Below, in pieces: positions 9,062 to 21,355 of a stretch of 64,000 bases of DNA (positions are counted from its first letter, which is position 1; each line of letters begins with the position of its first letter). The notes under the pieces were generated by a model. The model did no database searches, had not been told where the DNA came from, and saw only the letters and a program-made list of their open reading frames with translations. Where the stretch lies: the NCBI GenBank assembly GCA_943842245.1, contig CALTAJ010000002.1, positions 271,596 to 335,595 on the forward strand. Direction: 5' to 3'. The translations under genes were made by a program, and so were the position numbers. The stretch is from an uncultured Flavobacteriaceae bacterium (lineage in GTDB: Bacteria; Bacteroidota; Bacteroidia; Flavobacteriales; Flavobacteriaceae).

Positions 9062-11701
9062 TTGCAAACAAAGTTTTTCCATATTGCTTCTTTGATCTTC
9101 TCTATAGGTGTGAATATTGCATTTGGTCAAAAACAGGAAGAAGTTATTTCAAAAGAGCAACTTTTAGATAGTATCTCTTCACCTGTTAAAAAGCCTCTAC
9201 TTTTAGCTAAAGTTAAATATACCGCTAAAGATTGTGTAAGGATTAATCGAAAGGAAAATAAACTTATACTTTATAACGAAGCAGAATTATATTATCAAGA
9301 TATTGAACTTCGTGCTGGAATTATAATTTTGGATTATGAAACAAATGAGGTAAATGCCGGAAGAATAGAGATTGACTCAGTTTTGGTTCAGTATCCGTTT
9401 TTTAAACAAGCTAATAATGAAATAAATCCTGATTCAATTCGGTTTAATTTTGATACTCAAAAAGCTTTGATTTGGAACTCTAAATCAGGACAAAATGATA
9501 TGGATATTTTTGCTGCTTTAACTAAAAAGGAAAATGACTCTGTATATTATATAAAAGATGCTCGCGTGAGTACAGCAGGAAAACTTGTAGGGGGTGAAGA
9601 TGAGGATGGAATAGACTATTATTTTAAAGTTCGAAAAGGGAAAATAACTCCCGGTGGAAAAATAATAACGGGACCTACTAATATGTTTATTGCTGACGTT
9701 CCAACCCCAATTGGTATTCCATTTGCCTTTTTTCCTTCAACTCAAAACACAGAATCTGGTTTCATTATTCCATCAGTCAACCAGAGTAATCGTCGAGGTT
9801 ACTCAATTCAGAACGGCGGTTATTATCTTGCTTTATCTGACTATTTTGACTTATCCCTAATTGCTGATTACTATACCAATGGTAGTTATGGTTTTCGTGG
9901 AGACTCAAAATATAGAGTACGTTATAAATATAATGGGAGTTTTAGTTTTCGTTATGAAAATCTAATCGACGAAGAACGAGGATTACCCGATTATTCCAAG
10001 TCTACTGTTTTTAATGTTCGTTGGAACCATTCAAAAGATGCAAAGTCCAGTCCAAATTCAACTTTTTCTGCTTCTGTTAACTTTGGAAGTAGTGATTATT
10101 ATCGCCAATCAGTCAACCAATTAAATTCTTCTAACTTCTTAAATAATAATTTAAGTTCTTCTATTTCATACTCTAAATCATTCCCTGAATATCCTCGTGT
10201 AAATGTTTCATTAACAACTGCCATGTCACAAAACTCAAAATCAAAAGCAGTCAATCTAACACTTCCAACTTTTCAAGCTTCAATGGAGCGAATTTTTCCC
10301 TTTGCCCCCAAAGTAGGTGCAAAAAAAGGATTTTTTCAAAATATAAACTTTCAATATACGGGCCGAGCAGAAAATAGAATTATAACTACTGAAGAAGCAC
10401 TTTTTGGACCGAACATGTTCGACAATGCTAAATATGGAATGAAACATAATATTCCATTAAGTACTAATTTTAAACTTTTTAAATATTTAAGTTTTACAAG
10501 TTCTGCTAACTATGAAGAAGTGTGGACTCAGAATACGGTTAAATACAATGATTTTAATCCTGAACTTGATTATGCAGTAAAAGATACAATTGGAAAAATC
10601 GGAACATTTAGACAATATAGTCTTGGAGTATCATTAGGTACAACTATTTATGGAACTTTTAATTTTGGTGAGAATAAAAAAATTCAATCAATAAGACATA
10701 CTATACGTCCCGCTGTTAGCTATTCCAACAGACCAAGTTTTGAACAATATTATGATACGTATATTGCTGATGCTGATGGAAATACAAGAGAATATACCAG
10801 ATATGAAAATAGTCTTTTTGGTATTCCGGGTAGAAATGTTGCAAATAATATGGGCATCACTATAGGAAATAATTTTGAAGCAAAGGTTAAGGATAAAGAC
10901 ACAACAGCAAAAGAAGCTAAGAAAGTGATTTTATTAAATAATTTAAATTTAAGTACTGCCCATAATTTCGCAGCTGACTCACTTAGATGGAGTCCGATTA
11001 GAGCGAGTACGGGTTTATCATTACTTAAAAAAAAGATGTCTATTAACATAGGGGCTACTTTAGATCCCTATGCACTTAATGAAAATAAAACTAGAATTAA
11101 TACTTACAATATCTTAAATGGAGGAGGACTATTTAGGCTCACAAGTGCTAATGTAAACATGAGCTATTCTATTGTAAGTTCTCAATTTGAATCAGGTGAA
11201 AAAGATAAAGAGGAAATTGGAGAAGAATCTAACGAACTTAATCAAATAGAATCAACCTCAAGTGGTGGACGTGAAGATGATCTATTTGGTAGAGCTGAAG
11301 ATTTTTCTGATCGAAGAATGAATGAGGATAATAACTCTCCTGCCCCAAAATACCCTAGCTATAGAACAAAAATACCATGGGATTTGAAATTTGCATATTC
11401 TCTTACATACAATAATTCCAGAGGCCAACAAGACTTTTCTAACAACTCTTTAATGTTATCTGGTAATATTGAATTAACTCCAAAATGGAAAGTTGGATTG
11501 TCTTCAGGATATGACTTTAAAGGAAAAGGGTTTACCTATACTCAACTACGATTTAACAGGGATCTTAATAGTTGGCGATTAAACTTTAGCTGGGTCCCTT
11601 TTAGTGACAGAGCATCATGGAACTTTTTTATTGGAATAAAATCTGGTTTATTGAGTGACATAAAGTATGAAAAACAAAGTGAACCTAACAAAAGTTATTA
11701 A
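9062..11701 (+). CDS. lptD: Putative LPS assembly protein LptD (Bacteroidota type)
   Basis: 879 aa with a TTG start, a signal peptide and an OstA-like N-terminus (AKDCVRINRKENKLILYNEAELYYQDIELRAG). The C-terminus is long and rich in beta-strand-like sequence. The synteny with the amidase and RidA genes is typical of Flavobacteriia. Confidence 0.7.
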   Translation: MQTKFFHIASLIFSIGVNIAFGQKQEEVISKEQLLDSISSPVKKPLLLAKVKYTAKDCVRINRKENKLILYNEAELYYQDIELRAGIIILDYETNEVNAGRIEIDSVLVQYPFFKQANNEINPDSIRFNFDTQKALIWNSKSGQNDMDIFAALTKKENDSVYYIKDARVSTAGKLVGGEDEDGIDYYFKVRKGKITPGGKIITGPTNMFIADVPTPIGIPFAFFPSTQNTESGFIIPSVNQSNRRGYSIQNGGYYLALSDYFDLSLIADYYTNGSYGFRGDSKYRVRYKYNGSFSFRYENLIDEERGLPDYSKSTVFNVRWNHSKDAKSSPNSTFSASVNFGSSDYYRQSVNQLNSSNFLNNNLSSSISYSKSFPEYPRVNVSLTTAMSQNSKSKAVNLTLPTFQASMERIFPFAPKVGAKKGFFQNINFQYTGRAENRIITTEEALFGPNMFDNAKYGMKHNIPLSTNFKLFKYLSFTSSANYEEVWTQNTVKYNDFNPELDYAVKDTIGKIGTFRQYSLGVSLGTTIYGTFNFGENKKIQSIRHTIRPAVSYSNRPSFEQYYDTYIADADGNTREYTRYENSLFGIPGRNVANNMGITIGNNFEAKVKDKDTTAKEAKKVILLNNLNLSTAHNFAADSLRWSPIRASTGLSLLKKKMSINIGATLDPYALNENKTRINTYNILNGGGLFRLTSANVNMSYSIVSSQFESGEKDKEEIGEESNELNQIESTSSGGREDDLFGRAEDFSDRRMNEDNNSPAPKYPSYRTKIPWDLKFAYSLTYNNSRGQQDFSNNSLMLSGNIELTPKWKVGLSSGYDFKGKGFTYTQLRFNRDLNSWRLNFSWVPFSDRASWNFFIGIKSGLLSDIKYEKQSEPNKSY

Positions 11702-11737
11702 TTCACTTTTTATAAGTAGATTTAAATAAATTTTCGT

Positions 11738-12121
11738 GTGAAAAAAGAAATAATTACAACGTTAAATGCTCCAGCACCGATAGGGCCATATAACCAAGCA
11801 GTGAAAGTTGGAAATACACTATACATCTCTGGACAAATACCATTAATTCCAACTTCAATGGAGCTTTTAAGCGGTACCATTAAAGAAGAAACACAATTGG
11901 TAATGGACCATCTTCAAGCAATTTTAGAAGCCGCAGGCATGACTTTTGGACATGTTGTGAAAAGTACTATTTTCTTAGATGATATGAACAATTTTGGAGA
12001 AGTTAATCAAATATATGGAGCTTTTTTTGACAATGAAACTGCACCTGCTAGAGAAACTGTAGCGGTTAAAACTTTACCAAAATCAGTTCGTGTAGAAATC
12101 TCTATGATTGCAGTAAAATAA
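11738..12121 (+). CDS. ridA: RidA family reactive-intermediate (enamine/imine) deaminase
   Basis: 127 aa with a GTG start. It shows APAPIGPYNQAVKVGNTLYISGQIP...ARETVAVKTLPKSVRVEI, the YjgF/RidA signature. Confidence 0.9.
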   Translation: MKKEIITTLNAPAPIGPYNQAVKVGNTLYISGQIPLIPTSMELLSGTIKEETQLVMDHLQAILEAAGMTFGHVVKSTIFLDDMNNFGEVNQIYGAFFDNETAPARETVAVKTLPKSVRVEISMIAVK

Positions 12122-12135
12122 AATTATTCTCTACT

Positions 12136-13011
12136 TCAATATTTTCTAAAGTTATCTTTTTCCAACAACTTTTTATGAAATTTAACTAACTCGTCAATTG
12201 GTCTTTGAACTATACGTCCCATTTTTAGACCCTTGAGTTTTAAAGAATTTTTAATTTCATCCTTTAAGAAGAAAGAAACTGATCCAATAAAGTGTATAGG
12301 GATTTCTTTAGCGTTGATAAATTGTAAAATTTGGTGGTTTATAAAAAGGTCTAAGCCGTTATTAATAATTTTTTTAAAAACAGGATTATTTTTGTTTTTA
12401 ATCAAAAACTTTGAAAAGGTAGCTAGATAAGCATTTGGATTTTCTCTCCGATAAATATTTTCTTTAATACTATCTGGATTGAGGTCGTATTGTTTTTCAA
12501 ACTCTAATGCCAATTCTTTTGGCATAGTATTGAAGTAATAACTTCTGATCAATTGTTTTCCAAAATAATTGCCACTAGCTTCATCCATCAATACATAACC
12601 TAAAGAATCAACACGCTGCTCAATCTCACTTCCATCATAATAAGTGCAATTAGAACCTGTTCCTAAGATACAAACTATAGATTTCTCGTTAGGACGTGAA
12701 GCTGCATAAACAGCAGCATAAGTGTCTTCTTTGATAATAATATTGCAATTGGTGAAAATTTCTTCGAATACTTTTCGAATTCTTAATTGTGGAGATTCGA
12801 CTCCACATCCGGCACCATAAAAATATAAATAATCAACTTTCCCCCTATTTTGATAAAGATCAAAATTATTTATAATCCGTTCTTTCAGAATTGAGCTTGA
12901 TAGGACTTGAGGGTTAAGCCCCAATGTTTGGGTAGAGAACAAAACTTCTCCATTAGTGTCAACTGAAATCCAATCAGTCTTAGTTGATCCGCTATCTACA
13001 ACTAAAATCAT
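12136..13011 (-). CDS. BadF/BadG/BcrA/BcrD-type ATPase (N-acetylglucosamine kinase-like)
   Basis: 291 aa with MILVVDSGSTKTDW...ILGTGSNC, the ASKHA-fold phosphate-binding motifs. Confidence 0.75.
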   Translation of the reverse strand: MILVVDSGSTKTDWISVDTNGEVLFSTQTLGLNPQVLSSSILKERIINNFDLYQNRGKVDYLYFYGAGCGVESPQLRIRKVFEEIFTNCNIIIKEDTYAAVYAASRPNEKSIVCILGTGSNCTYYDGSEIEQRVDSLGYVLMDEASGNYFGKQLIRSYYFNTMPKELALEFEKQYDLNPDSIKENIYRRENPNAYLATFSKFLIKNKNNPVFKKIINNGLDLFINHQILQFINAKEIPIHFIGSVSFFLKDEIKNSLKLKGLKMGRIVQRPIDELVKFHKKLLEKDNFRKY

Positions 13012-13023
13012 GTTTAATGAAGT

Positions 13024-14025
<1,002 letters not shown>

Positions 14026-14053
14026 TTATTTAGATTTATTAATTATTTATAAT

Positions 14054-15040
14054 TTAAATTGAAAGTATGTCAGATACTCGAATCAAGTTTTTATTGATTT
14101 CAGATTTACCTTTAATTGCCTTATCAAGAGAAGTTAATATCATTTGATCCTCATTTACTCCAACCATCACATTGGATTTACCTTTTTGTAAAGACTCTAT
14201 TGCGTGAACTCCCATTCTTGAGGCTAAAACACGATCAAAACAACTTGGACTACCCCCACGTTGAATATGTCCTAATACAGAAACACGCACCTCATAATGA
14301 GGCATGTTTTTTTCAACGTATTCTGCAATTTCAAATACATTTTTACCTGTTTTACCCCCTTCGGCAATGACAACAATACTTGATGATTTTCCTGATTTTT
14401 CACTACGATCTAAAGATTCCAGCAAGCGGTTTAAACCCATGTTTTCTTCTGGAATTAATATTTCTTCTGCACCAGCCCCAATACCTGTATTAAGAGCAAT
14501 ATGACCTGCATCTCTTCCCATTACCTCAACAAAGAAAAGCCTGTTATGAGAAATAGCAGTATCACGAATTTTATCTATGGCATCAATTACAGTATTTAGT
14601 GCCGTATCGTAACCTATAGTATGTGAAGTTCCAAAAATATCATTATCAATAGTTCCTGGAATCCCAATGACTGGAATATTGAATTCAGACTGAAAAATCA
14701 TGGCTCCGGTAAAAGAGCCATCTCCTCCAATGATAACTAAAGCTTCAATATTATTTTTTTTAACGTTTTCAAAAGCTTTTTGTCTTCCTTCGGGTGATAT
14801 GAATTCTAGACAACGAGCTGATTTCAAAATTGTTCCACCTTTATTTATAATATTATTTACACTGCGAGGATTCATAGGTTTTGTATTATCATCAATAAGG
14901 CCCTGATAACCCTTAAAAATCGCAATACAATCTATTTTATAAAACGAACATGTACGAACGACAGCACGAACTGCAGCATTCATGCCTGGGGCATCTCCTC
15001 CTGAGGTAAGGACTCCGATTCGTTTAATATTATTCTTCAT
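14054..15040 (-). CDS. pfkA: ATP-dependent 6-phosphofructokinase
   Basis: 328 aa with IGVLTSGGDAPGMNAAVRAVVR, IGGDGSF and GIPGTIDNDI. Confidence 0.95.
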   Translation of the reverse strand: MKNNIKRIGVLTSGGDAPGMNAAVRAVVRTCSFYKIDCIAIFKGYQGLIDDNTKPMNPRSVNNIINKGGTILKSARCLEFISPEGRQKAFENVKKNNIEALVIIGGDGSFTGAMIFQSEFNIPVIGIPGTIDNDIFGTSHTIGYDTALNTVIDAIDKIRDTAISHNRLFFVEVMGRDAGHIALNTGIGAGAEEILIPEENMGLNRLLESLDRSEKSGKSSSIVVIAEGGKTGKNVFEIAEYVEKNMPHYEVRVSVLGHIQRGGSPSCFDRVLASRMGVHAIESLQKGKSNVMVGVNEDQMILTSLDKAIKGKSEINKNLIRVSDILSI

Positions 15041-15130
15041 TATATTAGTTTCGATGCAAATTTAAATATTAAATTCATTGAACAATAACGAGTAAAGGAT
15101 TTTTACAAAAAACTAAAATTATGTTACAAT

Positions 15131-18100
15131 TCAATTCTTTTTTACAAAATTGATGACTTCGTCTTTTTCACTTTCTATAAATGAATCTCCTTCTTTAATT
15201 AAATTTCTTTTATTAGTTACGATTTTTTGAATCATATCCTTGAATGTGTTAAAATCAACATCATAGGAAAGTCCTACACCTTGAGTATAACCCAATTCAT
15301 CTCCTATATAACGAAATTCATTTTCTTTATTAAAAACTTTGGCTCTAAGAGAGCCCTCGTCATTAAGAATAAAGTCAATTTGAACATTTCCAACAATAAG
15401 AGTTTGCTCTAAACCGCCAATGGGAACGCCTATTTTACCGTTTAAAAGAATTTTATCACTAATTTTAGTAGAAAGCGTAAATCCTAAGCGATCCTCGGTG
15501 GCTATATCTAAAAGTTGACTTTTGTCGCCTTGGAGATAATCAATCCCTACTTTTAATTTATCATCATCCTCACTAATTAAATTACTTACAATATCAGAAG
15601 CTTTTTGGTATAAATTATTTGTAATTCCTTGCATTGAAACACTTACTTCATTTATAAAAATTCCTTGTGAAAGGAGAGAAAGTGCTTGCATTTGACTTCT
15701 TTGAGGATCTGACAACCTGTAGTTAATTTCAGAGGCAACTGTACCACTAGTATTTGGAAAATCAATTTCAAAAATAGGATCATCAGGTTTGAGAAGATTT
15801 CCCTGTAAACGAATCAAAACTTCAGTTGGTATATTTTTATTGAAATTAGGATTATCTAATAATAAAGCGGGATTTGCTCCTCCAGGAACGTCGTAAACAG
15901 CCTCAAGCGACATTTGAGCTTCCAAGGGGTTTCCCTCCCATACTATTCTCCCTCCTGGCTTTAAATTAAATTTTTTATCTATTAATCCTAGATTTTTAAA
16001 ATTATAAATACCATTATCGGTTATAAAATCACCCCACATATTAAACTTACCTTTTGTATTTACTTCCATCAACAGATTTCCAGCTCCACGACCACTCAAA
16101 TAACTACCTGATTCCTTATCAATTACAATTTCAACAATTGCATTATTATTTACATCCAATTCAAAGTCTAATTCCAATCCTTTGATATCTTTTAAACTAT
16201 TTGTTTTTAATTTGTTCTCGGAAAGAGAACTTCCTTTTTTATTTATAAAACTCAAAAATGAAGTATCGGATAAACCATAATTTTCAGCCCAAGGAATTTT
16301 AATATAAGTACCTTTTTCAGTATTACCTTGCAGTGATATTTTAAGATTTTTAGTTGGCCCCTCTAAATGAACAGTACCACCAAGATACCCTTGCCCAAAA
16401 AATAATGATTCTGGCTTTTGTTCTGTGTTAAGTAATAACATTCTATCAGAGTTTATAGTTAAGTTAGCTAACCAATTAGAAAAATTTGAATGAGAAAAAC
16501 TACCATTTAAAAGTGCATAAGTTCCTTCAGTATTATCTCGAATCTTGGAAGAATTAAATATAAAACTTTTATCATTCAAGGTTACATCTGTAGATTCAAT
16601 ATTGTAATTCAGATTAAGAAAAGGAATTGAAAAGCCTCCATTAACTAAACTCAAATTACCATTATGCTTGATGTCATTAAGAGTGCCTAAAACTGTTAAT
16701 GATCCTCCAATAATTCCATGAATATTGTTCAAAGATTTCTTGCCAAGTGGAGAAAGAAAAGCTATATCTAGATCATTAAGATCTAAATTAAAGTTTAAGC
16801 TTGAATCCACTAAGCCTTGCCAGAGCCCTTTTGCTTGCAACTTTATCTTTTTCCCTTCTATTAAACTAAGATTAGCTATGTAGGTATTAAGCCTTGTATT
16901 ACCGGTTGCTGCAAATCTAAGATCTCCTAAATATTGATTATTGATGTTTAATTCCTTTACACTAGTCTCAATATTTAATTGATTTTTTGCAGATGAACGA
17001 CTAATATTTGCATTTATATCCATTTGTCCAGCAATCCCGAAAGTTGGTATTGTAGGAAGAGTATTTTCGAGTAATACATTTTTTATATCCAGTTTTAAGT
17101 CAAAAAAATTACGGTTTAAATATTTGCCAAAAGCTGAGAGCGTTTGATTTCCTGAAGAAGCAGAAACAGAATTAAGAACTATTTCCTTAGAATCAGGTGA
17201 ATAGCTGATTTTTTGATTATTTATATCATTTGGATTAATTGTCCAAATATCAGCACCCAAGGGGATAGTAGATTTTCTTATTCCAAAAAAAGAATTCCCA
17301 TCCTTTTCAGTTGTATGATAAAAATTAACTTCAAATGGAGATTTTGAAGAATTAGCTCCTTGGAACTCAGAGCGAAAAAAAAGTGTATCACGGAGTTTAG
17401 TACTAATGAGATTAAAATCTTTTCCTTTATAATATTCATTAGAGATATTTTTTATGCTCAAATAAGAATTAAATAATGGATTTTTTGTGTCAATTTCAAA
17501 ATGCAGTTTTTCAAATTGAGTTTCTTTATATAACATTAAAGGGGTGTCTAACGCAAGTTTACTACTAGATTTATTTGAATTTATTATTCCGGTTAAAGTT
17601 ATATTTTCAGATATTGAAAAATTAGGATATAAAGCGTTTATCAATTTTTCATGAATTATAAGTTTAAAATTTATATTTTGCTTTTTAGATACATTTTTTT
17701 TTGGCAAGAATGGGTATGCTTGATGAAAAGTACTTTGAAATAAAGCGCCTAGTTCTGAAATTTTAAAATCTCCATTTATATCTCCTGCAATACAATCTGT
17801 ATTCTCTATTTTTAAAAATTGGATATTGTTAATTGACTCACGAATAACTGATATCGGGTTAAATTCTACTGTTTCAATTTCATTTTCTAAAGAAGCAGAT
17901 GATATATTTATATTACCTTCTAAATCATCAACATTTGTTCCTTTAATATTAGATGAAATTATTCCTTTAAATTCTTTTTTACCAGAGCCTAGCTCAAGCC
18001 CAATATTATTCAAATCCCATTTTTCTATATTGGCCAATAATGTTGTTTCAGGAATTTTTAGATTAAAATTGCATAGAGCATCACTTTTTAACTTAATTGA

Positions 18101-19537
18101 CTCCGAATTAATACTTAAAGTATTTCTTAATTGTTTTTGTTCAAACCTTCCCTCCATAGAAATATCTTGAAGAGTAAACTTTTCAGCAGAAAAAGTTGAA
18201 TTATTCACTTTCCAGAAAAAGATCGGATTTTCTTTATTAGAATAATCACCTTTTACTAATATACTCCCTCCTAATCGAAAGTTAAATTCTTTTGAAATCC
18301 ATTTTGATAATTCTAAGTTGGCAAAGTCTGTATTTATTGAAAATATTTTATCTGACTTTTTCTTATCAATAAACCCATTACCTAAAGTTCCATTAATGGA
18401 AAAATTACCCCAAGAATTTTTTGATTTAAAATTAAAACCAATAGAGTCATTTGAAATAGAGCTAATCCCCTCAATATTAATATTTGATATATAATTTAGC
18501 TGCTTCTTTAATTTATCTGAAAGAAATGAAAGTCTTTGAAGTCCTTGAGTCTTAATCGAAAGTGAATTTGTTATAATCTCTAGATTTTGTCTATTTGAAT
18601 CTGATATGTTTTTAGTAATTATATTACCCTTAAAATCTAGAAATATATTTGATACTTTAATTTCATTAAACTTTAAAGCTGAAAATCCACCCTGAATAAT
18701 GAAAGAAGCATCAAAAGCTGGAATACTTTCTAAATTTTTATTTTCTGGAAATAAAGTATTTATATCCCACTGACTTTCTAACACTTCCATATTGATAATT
18801 CCTGTTGACTTAAAGTTTTTAAGGCTTCTATTCACTCCTAACAATTCTAAACTTCCATTTAGGCTGTTATTCTCTGATACTAATTTCAAATCTTCCAAAT
18901 AGAGTTTTCCCGGCTTATATTTTAAAAGGGCATTTATTTTAAATGGTTTTGCTTCAGGTGAGTAAATTTGACCTTCAAAGTTTTCTAGTACAGTCTCAAG
19001 ACGATTATTTTCAAAGGTTAGTTTTTTTGAAAAAATATTTAAAGAATCTAAATGAACAGTTTTAGATTCAGTTTTAATTTTATCCCTGTAAATAAAAGTT
19101 CCATGCTCAATATTTAAATTATCTATTTTAAAATTTACTTTTTGATTATTTATAGTGTCTTTTTTAAATTTTTCTATAAGAATTTTTAGAGAGTGAGTTT
19201 TCTCACCCTTATATTTTTTTAAGTTTAAAAAAAGACCTTTCGCACTTAGTTCAGAAATTTTAAAATAGTTTTTATTTAAATTTTTAAAGTCAAACAATGA
19301 TGTTTCCAAGACTTTTACATACAATAAGGTATCTTTGTGGTGATCTTCTAGATAAAAGTTATTAAACTCTAATCTTCCATCCCAGCTTAACTTCAGATTT
19401 TCAAATGTCATCTGCTGGCTTGTGGTTCTGGTAAAGTTTTGAGCAAGTTGCTTTACTATTCTAGTTTGGACATAAGATGATGAAATCAATCCTATAAGGA
19501 TAATTCCTAGGAATAATAGACATCCTAACAGGATCAA
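15131..19537 (-). CDS. tamB: Translocation/assembly module protein TamB
   Basis: 1468 aa with an N-terminal anchor helix. The body is very long, repetitive and rich in beta-strand-like sequence, with a DUF490-like C-terminus. It is divergent from tsaD, as in other Flavobacteriia. Confidence 0.75.
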   Translation of the reverse strand: MILLGCLLFLGIILIGLISSSYVQTRIVKQLAQNFTRTTSQQMTFENLKLSWDGRLEFNNFYLEDHHKDTLLYVKVLETSLFDFKNLNKNYFKISELSAKGLFLNLKKYKGEKTHSLKILIEKFKKDTINNQKVNFKIDNLNIEHGTFIYRDKIKTESKTVHLDSLNIFSKKLTFENNRLETVLENFEGQIYSPEAKPFKINALLKYKPGKLYLEDLKLVSENNSLNGSLELLGVNRSLKNFKSTGIINMEVLESQWDINTLFPENKNLESIPAFDASFIIQGGFSALKFNEIKVSNIFLDFKGNIITKNISDSNRQNLEIITNSLSIKTQGLQRLSFLSDKLKKQLNYISNINIEGISSISNDSIGFNFKSKNSWGNFSINGTLGNGFIDKKKSDKIFSINTDFANLELSKWISKEFNFRLGGSILVKGDYSNKENPIFFWKVNNSTFSAEKFTLQDISMEGRFEQKQLRNTLSINSESIKLKSDALCNFNLKIPETTLLANIEKWDLNNIGLELGSGKKEFKGIISSNIKGTNVDDLEGNINISSASLENEIETVEFNPISVIRESINNIQFLKIENTDCIAGDINGDFKISELGALFQSTFHQAYPFLPKKNVSKKQNINFKLIIHEKLINALYPNFSISENITLTGIINSNKSSSKLALDTPLMLYKETQFEKLHFEIDTKNPLFNSYLSIKNISNEYYKGKDFNLISTKLRDTLFFRSEFQGANSSKSPFEVNFYHTTEKDGNSFFGIRKSTIPLGADIWTINPNDINNQKISYSPDSKEIVLNSVSASSGNQTLSAFGKYLNRNFFDLKLDIKNVLLENTLPTIPTFGIAGQMDINANISRSSAKNQLNIETSVKELNINNQYLGDLRFAATGNTRLNTYIANLSLIEGKKIKLQAKGLWQGLVDSSLNFNLDLNDLDIAFLSPLGKKSLNNIHGIIGGSLTVLGTLNDIKHNGNLSLVNGGFSIPFLNLNYNIESTDVTLNDKSFIFNSSKIRDNTEGTYALLNGSFSHSNFSNWLANLTINSDRMLLLNTEQKPESLFFGQGYLGGTVHLEGPTKNLKISLQGNTEKGTYIKIPWAENYGLSDTSFLSFINKKGSSLSENKLKTNSLKDIKGLELDFELDVNNNAIVEIVIDKESGSYLSGRGAGNLLMEVNTKGKFNMWGDFITDNGIYNFKNLGLIDKKFNLKPGGRIVWEGNPLEAQMSLEAVYDVPGGANPALLLDNPNFNKNIPTEVLIRLQGNLLKPDDPIFEIDFPNTSGTVASEINYRLSDPQRSQMQALSLLSQGIFINEVSVSMQGITNNLYQKASDIVSNLISEDDDKLKVGIDYLQGDKSQLLDIATEDRLGFTLSTKISDKILLNGKIGVPIGGLEQTLIVGNVQIDFILNDEGSLRAKVFNKENEFRYIGDELGYTQGVGLSYDVDFNTFKDMIQKIVTNKRNLIKEGDSFIESEKDEVINFVKKN

Positions 19538-19598
19538 TGGGATTTTGTACTTCTTTTTAATGCTAATCGTTTATTTTTGTAACGTTATTTAATATTCA

Positions 19599-20618
19599 AT
19601 GTTGCGCCAAACTAATATTATACTTGCTATAGAGTCTTCTTGTGATGATACTGCTGCTGCGGTATTAAAAGATCGAAAAGTTCTATCCAACTTTGTTGCC
19701 AATCAAAATTTGATTCACAAGGCTTATGGAGGTATCGTTCCTGAACTTGCTTCACGTGCCCATCAGTCCAAAATTATACCCGTAGTTTCTCATGCTTTGA
19801 CTGAAGCAAATATCGATAAAAAAGAGTTAACGGCCATTGCATATACCCAAGGACCTGGCTTGCTAGGTTCGCTTCTAGTAGGAAGTTCATTTGCAAAATC
19901 TTTATCCATAGCCCTTAATATTCCATTACTCCCTATAAATCATATGCAAGGTCACCTTTTAGCACACTTTATCGAAGATGAAAATTTCATACCTCCGGAT
20001 TTTCCTTTTCTAGGAGTTACTCTTTCCGGTGGCCACACACAGCTTATTTTAGTTAAAGAATATTTTAAGATGGAACTTATAGGCACTTCACTTGATGATG
20101 CAATTGGAGAAGCCTTTGATAAATGTGGTAAAAGAATGGGACTGAATTATCCTGCAGGACATCAAATCGATAAACTTGCCAAAGACGGGGATCACACTCG
20201 GTTTAACTTCCCAATAAATAATCTTAAAGGTTATAATGTAAGTTATAGCGGAATAAAAACCTCATTTACCAACTTTATTCAAAAACAAAAGGATCCAAAA
20301 TTTATTACTAAGAATCTGAATGATTTATGCGCAAGTTTACAGTATACTCTAATCCAAATAATTTTAATTAAGATTGAAAAGGCTGCTCAAGATTACGGTA
20401 TAAGCCAAATCGTTATTGGAGGTGGAGTTGCAGCAAACTCAGAAATTCGAAAGCAATTGAATAATATTGCTAAATCTAAAAATTGGAAAGTATTTCTTCC
20501 CTCTATTGTATACTCTACGGATAATGCCGCTATGATAGGCATAGCTGGTTACTACAAGCTACTACAAAAAAATTACGGCAGTATATCCGATAGCCCTCAG
20601 GCAAGATTAAAAATATAA
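19599..20618 (+). CDS. tsaD: tRNA N6-adenosine threonylcarbamoyltransferase TsaD
   Basis: 339 aa with ILAIESSCDDTAAAV...HMQGHL...LSGGHTQ...GGGVAAN. Confidence 0.95.
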   Translation: MLRQTNIILAIESSCDDTAAAVLKDRKVLSNFVANQNLIHKAYGGIVPELASRAHQSKIIPVVSHALTEANIDKKELTAIAYTQGPGLLGSLLVGSSFAKSLSIALNIPLLPINHMQGHLLAHFIEDENFIPPDFPFLGVTLSGGHTQLILVKEYFKMELIGTSLDDAIGEAFDKCGKRMGLNYPAGHQIDKLAKDGDHTRFNFPINNLKGYNVSYSGIKTSFTNFIQKQKDPKFITKNLNDLCASLQYTLIQIILIKIEKAAQDYGISQIVIGGGVAANSEIRKQLNNIAKSKNWKVFLPSIVYSTDNAAMIGIAGYYKLLQKNYGSISDSPQARLKI

Positions 20619-20620
20619 TT

Positions 20621-21328
20621 ATGCTTTTATTCTACGATACACAAATCAAAATAGAAACAAAAAATTTTATTTTTCAACGATCTGATAGTAATCATATTAC
20701 AAAGGTTTTGAGAAAGAAATCAGGAGATGAAATAAAAATCACAGATGGGAAGGGTATAGAGTGGACGGGTAAACTCAATGTTTTAACTCCACAAAAAGCC
20801 TGTGCTGAAAAAATTAAAGTTTTTAAACATGCTCGTCCTAATAAGCTGATTCATTTAGCTATTGCACCAACAAAAAGTAATGGTCGAATGGAATGGCTAG
20901 TGGAAAAACTTACTGAGTTAGGAATTAACTCTATTACACCTATTATTTGTGAACATTCTGAAAGAAAAGTAATCAAAACTGAACGATTAAAAAAAATTTG
21001 TATTAGTGCGCTGAAACAGTCTAATCAATTCTTTCTCCCAGAGATTAAGCCAATAATTTATTTTAAAGAGTATTTAAAAACAATTCAGCATCCAGCATTA
21101 ATAGCACATTGCGATTCTACTCCAAAAATAGCTTTATCAGAAAATATAATTCGAACAAATGAAATTATCTTATTTATAGGACCTGAAGGAGATTTTAGTC
21201 CCTATGAAATTGAATTAGCAAAAATTGCCGGGTTGACACCTGTGAGTCTAGGCGAACAAAGATTTAGAACTGAAACCGCAGCTCTTTTAGGATGCCACAG
21301 TATTTTTCTTCAATATCAAAAAAACTGA
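20621..21328 (+). CDS. rsmE: 16S rRNA (uracil1498-N3)-methyltransferase RsmE
   Basis: 235 aa with HITKVLRKKSGDEIKITDGKG...IGPEGDFSPYE...LGEQRFRTETA. Confidence 0.85.
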   Translation: MLLFYDTQIKIETKNFIFQRSDSNHITKVLRKKSGDEIKITDGKGIEWTGKLNVLTPQKACAEKIKVFKHARPNKLIHLAIAPTKSNGRMEWLVEKLTELGINSITPIICEHSERKVIKTERLKKICISALKQSNQFFLPEIKPIIYFKEYLKTIQHPALIAHCDSTPKIALSENIIRTNEIILFIGPEGDFSPYEIELAKIAGLTPVSLGEQRFRTETAALLGCHSIFLQYQKN

Positions 21329-21355
21329 AATTTTAAACTTCCCTATCTTTAAACT